Assembly: GCA_048938295.1 (NCBI GenBank)
Contig: JBHLMI010000019.1
Span: 1 to 32,000 of the forward strand
Direction: 5' to 3'
Origin: Promethearchaeota archaeon
GTDB taxonomy: Archaea; Asgardarchaeota; Hermodarchaeia; Hermodarchaeales; Hermodarchaeaceae
Length of the DNA stretch: 32,000 nucleotides
Shown here: positions 25,878-32,000 of the stretch, piece by piece
Layout of the letters: each line of letters opens with the position of its first letter
Numbering within the stretch: position 1 is the stretch's first letter
Program-made: the position numbers and the translations under genes
Notes under the pieces: generated by a model
Database searches by the model: none
Told to the model about the DNA's origin: nothing
What the model saw: only the letters and a program-made list of their open reading frames with translations

Positions 25878-28771
25878 TAGGCTTTCACCTGTCCTTTGAT
25901 CAGCACTACGTGATGCATAGTTTCTGGAATTTCGAGTCCCACCGTGGAGGGGGCCATTAGAAGAAACTGAGGATGAATTAGTGAGTCTTCCTGGGTTAAA
26001 TCGAGAGCGCGTTGAACTACACTGAGAATAGCTGCTCGGCTTGCTTCATCGAGGCGTTGGGTAAATTCATCAATGACATGGAGGGGACTCTTGGCAAGAG
26101 TGTGGAGGGCTAAAATAAAAGTCTGGGTGGCTAGGACCCGTTCGCCTCCAGACATTTCTTGATAGGTCCGCCAGTCGCCTTTGCGGTTAATGGCAAGTTG
26201 AAGGTGCAGCTCCGCACGACTGGGTTCATCGGGGAATCGAATAAGCAGTTTGACTTGCTTAAGGAAGTGGCTGAGTAATTGGTTCATGCGGTGGTTGAGG
26301 GTTTCAACCGTCTCTTGAAGCTGCCGTCTCCACTCGAGTAGTCTTCGATCAACGTCTGTCATCAGATTTTCTAAGTGGAGCTGACGTTGTTTTAGGTAGT
26401 CTTGGAGTTGGGAGACGACTTTTTCCTGGTCTTCAAAGGCTTGCCGATCTTCTGCTGTGGCGGTGATAGTATCAATCATCGCTTGGAGTTGGATTTGTTC
26501 ATCACGAACGGCTGTAGGGTTTCGAACAGTCTGTGGACGTTCTCCCAGCGCAGTGGCAGCCTTGCGGAAGTCCTTAGTTTGTTTTATGAGATGCTCATAT
26601 TCATCTTCGCGTTGCTTGAGTTCTGCAACGAGGTGGTTGATTTCAACCTGACGACGGGATCGTCGGAGGTCAAGGTTTTGGAGTTGTTCGGATAACTTTT
26701 GCTGTCGCGAGTTCAGCGGTGATAAGTCTGAGCTACATTCTTGATAATCTTGGCTGAGTCTGTCGCATTCAGTTTCCAGTTCAAGAATCTGTTGTTGTAA
26801 TTCGGCTACGCGGTGTTCAGAACCAGTGACCAGGGCTGTTCTTTCCTCATCAGAAAGATGAGATGAGTGGACTTGCTGAAGGTCTTGGAGGGTTGCCCGT
26901 AATTGGCTTATTTCAGAATTGATATGCATGCGGTCTCGCATTAAGCGAGCTTCTTGTTCCCGAAGTTCACGGAGTTGGATGCGTGTGTCAGCGCCGTCCT
27001 GAGCTAGCCCCAAATCTTTGAGTGATACATTCAGACTGACCGTAACTGGTCGGGGTGGTCGTGCAAAGGCACCGATCCGGAGATAATGACTCGTTCCTTC
27101 GCTAGTGATAATGTTGCCATTGAGTTGCTGAGAGGCATCGACTAGCGTATTGGGGTCGGCTCCTTCCTCTGCGATGGCAGTGTTTACGACTCGACTTAGG
27201 AAACTAATGGCATAGATATCCCCTTCAATGAGATCAGCAGCCCACCCAATGACAGGTGAAGAGACCGTGGGGCGATCTCGAGCTATCGCGGTGGTGGGGT
27301 TTGTTCGGGCGACCACCAAATCTGGTTTTTCATTTGGCCAGAGATGATCATAGAGGTTTTTAGCCTCAACGAAGACCTCTCGGTTCAGGGCAATGAATGC
27401 ATAGGTGTAGCGGCCCAATGCCAGTTTGACTGCGGTTTCGTACTGTGCATACTCTGGTTTCATACGAATAAGCGTAAAAAGGGGCCCAATCACTGCATCA
27501 GAGAGTGCTAGTTTATCAAGTTCAGACCGGTAACGAAGACAGGCCCGAAGTATCGTCTCTTCAAAATGTGGATACCGTTGGGGTTGAGTAAAGAGGTGCT
27601 CCTCCGTTATGGCAATATCTTGTCGGACCTGAACAAGTTGATCATCGATACCATCCCGATCCTGTATAATCGTCGCTAATTCTCTCTGAATGTCGTCAAT
27701 TTTGCTTTTTGCGGGTTTCCGACGTTTGTTGTACCGTTCTGTTCGAGCTAGCATACCTTTGAGTTCGTTTTCTAGCCCTTGTCGATGACCTTGGGCTTGC
27801 ATCCTTTCATCGCGTATCGAGTCCATGGTTGTAAGGAGCTTTTCCCGTTTTGCTTCAATCGCTTCGAAGTTCTCTTTCAGGTTGGCTTTCCTTTCGTCTA
27901 ACTTAGCCATTTTCTCGTTTTGGTCGGTGAGTTGGGTTTCAAGGCTGGTAAGTTGCGATTGGAGTTGGCTAGCGAGTTCTTCACGATAAGTCACTTCAGC
28001 CCAGGCAGCTTCAACATCGAGATCCTTCTGCCTTTGTTGGAGTTGCTGTTTTTGCTGAAAAGCTTCATAAGCTGCCTTTAGAACCTGAAGGCGCTGTTCT
28101 TCGTGGCGGATTCGGTATTCGAGGGGTTTGACATTGGCTTTAGCCTGTAATACGAGGAGACGGGCTTCCTCGAGTTTTTCCATCCAGTTGCGGAGCCCAG
28201 TTTCGTTCAAGAGAGTCTCGAATTTCCGCCGTGGGGATTGGGAGGCAAAGTGGTCTAAAGTCTCAGCCTCAGTAACGGCTAGGGGAGAATCCCCAAAGAG
28301 TCCAGCCGCTTGAAAGAGTTTCCGAATGTCCTTCCGAGCAATTTGCTGGCCATTCAGTGAGCGTTTTCCATTCAACCAGTAGGATATCCGGTTCGTTTCA
28401 TCGACTCGAAGTCGAATCGATACAACATCCGTATCAAGAAGCGTAGACATGGCAGGATCTGGGCTTCTTAAGACACGTCGACCGTTGAGTTGGTAGTTGT
28501 TAAGTTCTAGAATGACTTCAGCATATTTGTTGAAGCGACCGATGAAGGCCGAATTGCGTTGGCGTTGGGCTCTTCGAGATTCAACGCCAATGGCGAGTAA
28601 CAGGGCGTCGAGAATCAGGGTTTTTCCGCTTCCGTTAGAACCTGTAATTAGTATGACAGGGGATTCATCGAGTTGGATTTTGGTGTCACGGTGAATGACA
28701 AAGTTCACTAGGCGGATGCTGCGAAACACGACTGATGAAGTTGATAGGGACATCTCGTGCCTAGTGGTCAT
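25877..28771 (-). CDS. SMC-family ATPase, SMC5/6-like
   Basis: N-terminal IRLVNF..H with Walker A GSNGSGKT (44-51) and ILDALLLAIG; coiled coils; hinge-like VIGPLFTLI...AVKLALG..YAF; signature MSGGER, FILALHTLAKSPLHVIDEF..RLD, and QFLLMAP in place of the His switch, as in SMC5/6; 964 aa. Confidence 0.88.
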   Translation of the reverse strand: MTTRHEMSLSTSSVVFRSIRLVNFVIHRDTKIQLDESPVILITGSNGSGKTLILDALLLAIGVESRRAQRQRNSAFIGRFNKYAEVILELNNYQLNGRRVLRSPDPAMSTLLDTDVVSIRLRVDETNRISYWLNGKRSLNGQQIARKDIRKLFQAAGLFGDSPLAVTEAETLDHFASQSPRRKFETLLNETGLRNWMEKLEEARLLVLQAKANVKPLEYRIRHEEQRLQVLKAAYEAFQQKQQLQQRQKDLDVEAAWAEVTYREELASQLQSQLTSLETQLTDQNEKMAKLDERKANLKENFEAIEAKREKLLTTMDSIRDERMQAQGHRQGLENELKGMLARTERYNKRRKPAKSKIDDIQRELATIIQDRDGIDDQLVQVRQDIAITEEHLFTQPQRYPHFEETILRACLRYRSELDKLALSDAVIGPLFTLIRMKPEYAQYETAVKLALGRYTYAFIALNREVFVEAKNLYDHLWPNEKPDLVVARTNPTTAIARDRPTVSSPVIGWAADLIEGDIYAISFLSRVVNTAIAEEGADPNTLVDASQQLNGNIITSEGTSHYLRIGAFARPPRPVTVSLNVSLKDLGLAQDGADTRIQLRELREQEARLMRDRMHINSEISQLRATLQDLQQVHSSHLSDEERTALVTGSEHRVAELQQQILELETECDRLSQDYQECSSDLSPLNSRQQKLSEQLQNLDLRRSRRQVEINHLVAELKQREDEYEHLIKQTKDFRKAATALGERPQTVRNPTAVRDEQIQLQAMIDTITATAEDRQAFEDQEKVVSQLQDYLKQRQLHLENLMTDVDRRLLEWRRQLQETVETLNHRMNQLLSHFLKQVKLLIRFPDEPSRAELHLQLAINRKGDWRTYQEMSGGERVLATQTFILALHTLAKSPLHVIDEFTQRLDEASRAAILSVVQRALDLTQEDSLIHPQFLLMAPSTVGLEIPETMHHVVLIKGQVKA

Positions 28772-29013
28772 TCTCTCGAGTGCACTCCCGCGGATTATCC
28801 TGAGCAGTTGGCATATTCAATATTGCCCAAGTACAGTAAGTCACAATAATTCGTCACTCTTAAACTTTCACTCCAACCAAAGACGAAGCGCCATTGCTCT
28901 GTGATTTTGAGCCGACCTATTCTCTTTCATGATTAAAGAAGGACGAGCATGCGTCTAAGATTCGAGTAAAGTTAAAGTGCGTGCTGTGACCTTCCCCTTG
29001 TAGGTGAATAGTA

Positions 29014-29334
29014 TTGAGTAAAGATGAAGGATTTTGGCGCTCAATCATCGTCGATGTTGAACCCCGTCAAAAGGAATTCCGAATCGGCATTGATGAAGAT
29101 ACCCGTGTCGATGAAGTCATCCGCACTCTTGTCACCCAGGCCCGTGATGAGGGCGTCAGTATTGACGATTGGGCTAAAGCAAAAATCGGGGACCAGCGTG
29201 CAGAATTTGTGCTCATTCGTAAAGCCCCTGAACCCACCAGGTTAAGCCCAGGTGTAACCTTCGGAGAGCTGGAACCAAAAATCACAGATGATGAGTTCTT
29301 CCTCCTCGATGTTGTCCCTGAAGTCGGACAATAG
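29014..29334 (+). CDS. Ubiquitin-like (beta-grasp) protein ending in -EVGQ
   Basis: TTG start with AGGTGA SD (29002-07). Pattern beta1 SIIVDV, beta2 EFRIGI, 'DEDTRVDEVIRTL' helix, FVLIRK, 'LSPGVTFGEL..I.DDEFFLL', then PEVGQ*. Next to an E2-like gene. Confidence 0.7.
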   Translation: MSKDEGFWRSIIVDVEPRQKEFRIGIDEDTRVDEVIRTLVTQARDEGVSIDDWAKAKIGDQRAEFVLIRKAPEPTRLSPGVTFGELEPKITDDEFFLLDVVPEVGQ

Positions 29335-29385
29335 CAAAAAAGTCTTCACACCTCTGGACGAAAACAGGAACTAAAGGAGATAATC

Positions 29386-30129
29386 ATGATCCGACCAGTA
29401 TTTTCTACCGAGCTGTTTAACGCCAGAGTGGAAACCCAGATTCAGACATTCTTTGATACCATGAACAATCTCTTTGGACGACGAGGATGGGATCCAGATC
29501 CTCCGCACCGCGAAGATACCGTCTGGAGCAATCGCGATTTCACCGTTGCTATCATCGATCGATACCGTGATGGGGCGTTTAAACGGATTCGCTTCACTAT
29601 GCGTTATCTTCCCGGGTTCGTTCGTAAACCCAGAAATCTAGAGGATACAAACGCTATACGTTATGAGCATCGGTTTGTCTTTGATTTACCCCGAGAGTAT
29701 CCTCAGAACATCGGCACTATTCGACCTATAGCCGAAACACCTCTGTATCACCCCAGACTAGCGGCTAGTGGAACTGGACATGCCTGCTACTCGGTTCGTG
29801 GGGAATTAGATCGTATCCTCGAAGATCTCCCCTTTTTTGTATTGCTAAAACCAGATCGAGTAGAACCACCATCTCAGTTTCAATCTGACCACGGTCTAAA
29901 TATGGCCGCTATGGCGTGGTATGAGCAAGATACAGATAGAATCGTTGAAACCTTAGATCAGCTCTGGGAAGCCCAGCACAAAGATGGTCCAGCTGCGCCT
30001 TCACGACAGGGACGGGTGCGTATTCTTGAAACCTCATCGACTAGCGGGCATTCAGGTCGAAGGTCACCCCGCGTTTTAGATGAACCAAGTAGACATACAT
30101 CGGTTCGGATTCTAGATGATGAGAGTTAG
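29386..30129 (+). CDS. E2/UBC-fold ubiquitin-conjugating-like protein with disordered C-terminal tail
   Basis: 'FVFDLPREYPQ...ETPLYHPR...G.GHAC' (H122-P123-R124; C134 is the only Cys) and 'GLNMAAMAWYEQD' match the UBC consensus F.I..P..YP...T..YHPN...G..C...LN..AA..Y; SD AAGGAG. Confidence 0.8.
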   Translation: MIRPVFSTELFNARVETQIQTFFDTMNNLFGRRGWDPDPPHREDTVWSNRDFTVAIIDRYRDGAFKRIRFTMRYLPGFVRKPRNLEDTNAIRYEHRFVFDLPREYPQNIGTIRPIAETPLYHPRLAASGTGHACYSVRGELDRILEDLPFFVLLKPDRVEPPSQFQSDHGLNMAAMAWYEQDTDRIVETLDQLWEAQHKDGPAAPSRQGRVRILETSSTSGHSGRRSPRVLDEPSRHTSVRILDDES

Positions 30130-30143
30130 ATGAGGTACCAACC

Positions 30144-30362
30144 ATGCCGGATTCACCTTTAAAGGAGAATGACACCCCCGACGAGCATGAGGAAGAGCTT
30201 GACAAATCATCGAAGGAACCTGAGAGGAAATCGCGGATTCAGATTCTCCGAGAGAGAGACATTCCCTTTGAAGAAGAACGTCCTCCCAACTTCTCACCCT
30301 ACTATTCCATTATAATTCATGGCAAAAAGAAACGATCTGAGCTAAAGGAGCGAGAGTCATGA
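30144..30362 (+). CDS. Small charged, probably disordered protein (72 aa)
   Basis: GAGGT SD; ATGA coupling to the next gene; contains RIQILRE and SIIIH. Confidence 0.6.
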   Translation: MPDSPLKENDTPDEHEEELDKSSKEPERKSRIQILRERDIPFEEERPPNFSPYYSIIIHGKKKRSELKERES

Positions 30363-30754
30363 GTGTGCATGGTGCATCCCAAATGCGGTGTGCGGCCTGT
30401 GCCACTCAAGTTTCACTTGAAAATGCACGGAGCCAATGGTGGATTTGCACAGTCTGTGGCAGCTATGTCTGTCCTTCGTGTCGTGCCCTCTTCTTAGAAT
30501 CAGGGCAAGACACCTGCCCCGGAGCAATTGTCCGTGGCAGTGAAGCCCACTCTCCCCACTTTACTCGGTTTTTGGGCCCTCGACTGGAATCGGAAAGTCA
30601 ACCTGCTGAGACACGAAGGCCTGTGAGAATATTAGGTGATGTCTCCAGACACTCACCTCAACCACCGGGTGGAAAAGTAGTTATTCTGTCAGATGAAGAG
30701 GGAATCGAATCCAGCTCTGAAGCCGACCAAGTAGGTCGAGATAATGACGAGTAA
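30359..30754 (+). CDS. RING-like/ZZ-like Zn-finger protein with acidic SIM-like tail
   Basis: C11-x2-C14-x15-C30-x2-C33-x4-C38-x2-C41-x11-C53P-x9-H64; paralog of 23991..24452; tail has VRILGD and VVILSDEE. Confidence 0.72.
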   Translation: MSVHGASQMRCAACATQVSLENARSQWWICTVCGSYVCPSCRALFLESGQDTCPGAIVRGSEAHSPHFTRFLGPRLESESQPAETRRPVRILGDVSRHSPQPPGGKVVILSDEEGIESSSEADQVGRDNDE

Positions 30755-32000
30755 CCTCCCCCTGTCTTTAAAAATCATCGCCCCTACGAGGCAAGATGGT
30801 GTTCCTAGAGTTAAAGCCGGTCAACGCATTTCTATTCAGTTGCAACGAAAAGGTCAAGCAAAATCGAATATTAAGGTTGACAATGGGGTCGTATACATCA
30901 ATGATCCCTTCGGGCGCATGGTGAGTAAGGTCCCTTTTCATTTTGGCAAAACTAATACAGGTGAATTTAGCGTGCCACTGACGGCAAACCTGCTGTCTGG
31001 ATTCTATACAATTCTCGTTGCTTTGCAGGAAACCCGCATCAAGCTCGCCGTCGATAAGTATCCCTATCGGGGACCTCCCAACGATCATTATGTCATGGGA
31101 TGCTTTCTCTTAGAAGGAGGACATCCACCCATTGTAGTACACAGGGTCAATTATTCGGCGACCGTGAAGAACATTACACGTGCTCGAATCAGCGATGTTC
31201 GAGTCATAATCGCTGCTCCACCCTCGCTACCTCCTCGACAAACGGTTCTAGATATTAGGTTCTCTCCGAAGGATGGACAACAACAGAATGATACCATCGG
31301 AAACCAATGGATTCGATTTCGTCAAGGAAGCCTTGCTGTGGGAGAATCCTTTACTTGTGGGTACACCGCGCTCATTCGGAATCGCGCACTCCGGTATAAT
31401 ATTCCGCCAGAAACTCACAACTCAACGTTACCAGCTAATATCGTCAAGTTCACCCAACCAGAGAATTTCATCGAATCACACCACCACCTCATCAAAGATC
31501 TTGCTCGTGATATTGCAAAAAATCATTCAACACCAATACAATTTGTACAAGCAGCGATGAGGGTAATTACAAAGAAGATGCGGTATGTTCGTCAAGAGTA
31601 TGAAAGAGGAGCAGCCTACGCTATCGAAAAAGGGGTTGGTGATTGCACTGAATATGCCGCTCTATTTGCTGCGTTGTGTCGTGCGAACAAAATCCCAGCC
31701 CGATTGGAGGCAGGCTATGCCTTTGATGGACAGTCCTGGGAACGCCATGCTTGGAGTGAAATTTGGATTCGGGGCCAATGGATCCCGGTTGATCCAACCT
31801 GGCATGGGGCTATGGGATTATTGGGAGTGACAAACCGACATATTCCTCTTATCATTGGAAACTGGATGGATACTCGCATCCGCCAAGAATTCAAAGTCAG
31901 CTGGTACTCTGATACTGTTGCTCTTGATGGAAAAAAGGGTGAGCGTTCTGAGCCCAAGATTGAGACGGGGTGGAAGGTGAAACGGGTGGTGGGTGTCCCT
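30744..32000 (+). CDS. Transglutaminase-like (Cys-His-Asp) protein, 3' truncated
   Basis: Not in the ORF track. I traced an open frame from ATG 30744 to the window end (419 codons, no stop). It contains GVGDCTEYAALFAALCRANKIPAR, RHAWSEIW and WIPVDPTW (C301, H335, D350), overlaps the previous gene by 11 nt, and has no obvious signal peptide. Confidence 0.85.
   Translation, partial: MTSNLPLSLKIIAPTRQDGVPRVKAGQRISIQLQRKGQAKSNIKVDNGVVYINDPFGRMVSKVPFHFGKTNTGEFSVPLTANLLSGFYTILVALQETRIKLAVDKYPYRGPPNDHYVMGCFLLEGGHPPIVVHRVNYSATVKNITRARISDVRVIIAAPPSLPPRQTVLDIRFSPKDGQQQNDTIGNQWIRFRQGSLAVGESFTCGYTALIRNRALRYNIPPETHNSTLPANIVKFTQPENFIESHHHLIKDLARDIAKNHSTPIQFVQAAMRVITKKMRYVRQEYERGAAYAIEKGVGDCTEYAALFAALCRANKIPARLEAGYAFDGQSWERHAWSEIWIRGQWIPVDPTWHGAMGLLGVTNRHIPLIIGNWMDTRIRQEFKVSWYSDTVALDGKKGERSEPKIETGWKVKRVVGVP

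Noticed and set aside
24442-28771. Calling the SMC operon Wadjet (JetABCD) or MksBEFG
   Set aside because: No JetD/MksG Toprim-type nuclease gene is present, gene order differs from jetA-B-C-D, and the partners include RING-like fingers.
25877-28771. Calling the ATPase Rad50/SbcC or canonical condensin Smc
   Set aside because: There is no central CxxC Zn hook or Mre11 neighbour, a hinge-like segment is present, the His switch is absent, and the protein is shorter than canonical Smc.
30768-31957. Track ORFs 30768..31088(-), 31273..31560(+), 31585..31830(+) and 31715..31957(-)
   Set aside because: All are antisense or out-of-frame shadows of the long transglutaminase-like frame 30744..32000.
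29014-32000. Calling the right operon CBASS (Cap2/Cap3) or a Bil/ISG15-like system
   Set aside because: No CD-NTase, E1 (ThiF) domain or JAB protease is recognisable in the window; similarity is limited to having a Ubl and an E2 fold.
1-32000. tRNA, rRNA, CRISPR arrays, transposases/IS ends
   Set aside because: No cloverleaf, regularly spaced repeats, or transposase/integrase motifs were seen on reading; this was not confirmed with dedicated tools.

Overview
This 32 kb window is gene-dense and looks archaeal. TATA-like boxes, GGAGG/GAGGTG ribosome-binding sites, archaeal-type aconitase subunits, an ADP-forming acyl-CoA synthetase and ubiquitin-type genes suggest an Asgard-like lineage (inference only). 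The left two thirds is mostly housekeeping: the end of a CCG-domain Fe-S protein, a leuB/leuC/leuD-like trio, a YhhN-like membrane protein, uvrB-uvrA-uvrC, two Eis-like GNAT paralogs, a SAM methyltransferase, a very divergent ATP-type PEP carboxykinase, queT with a candidate pseudoknot riboswitch, an acyl-CoA synthetase, glycerate kinase and an HDAC-family protein. The last ~8.5 kb is the most interesting part: two divergent operons share a 242-nt intergenic region. Leftward: an SMC5/6-like ATPase, a putative kleisin, a KITE (Nse1/Nse3/MAGE-like) protein and an Nse1-type RING-like Zn finger. Rightward: a ubiquitin-like protein ending in -VGQ, an E2/UBC-fold protein, a small disordered protein, a paralog of the same RING-like finger, and a transglutaminase-like Cys-His-Asp enzyme. 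The last gene is missing from the ORF track because it runs off the window. Three of the rightward proteins carry repeated SUMO-interacting-motif-like peptides. Together this suggests a prokaryotic Smc5/6 complex linked to its own ubiquitin-like modification system; no E1 is visible in the window. No tRNA, rRNA, CRISPR array or IS element was recognised. All family calls come from motif inspection by eye; no database searches were run.
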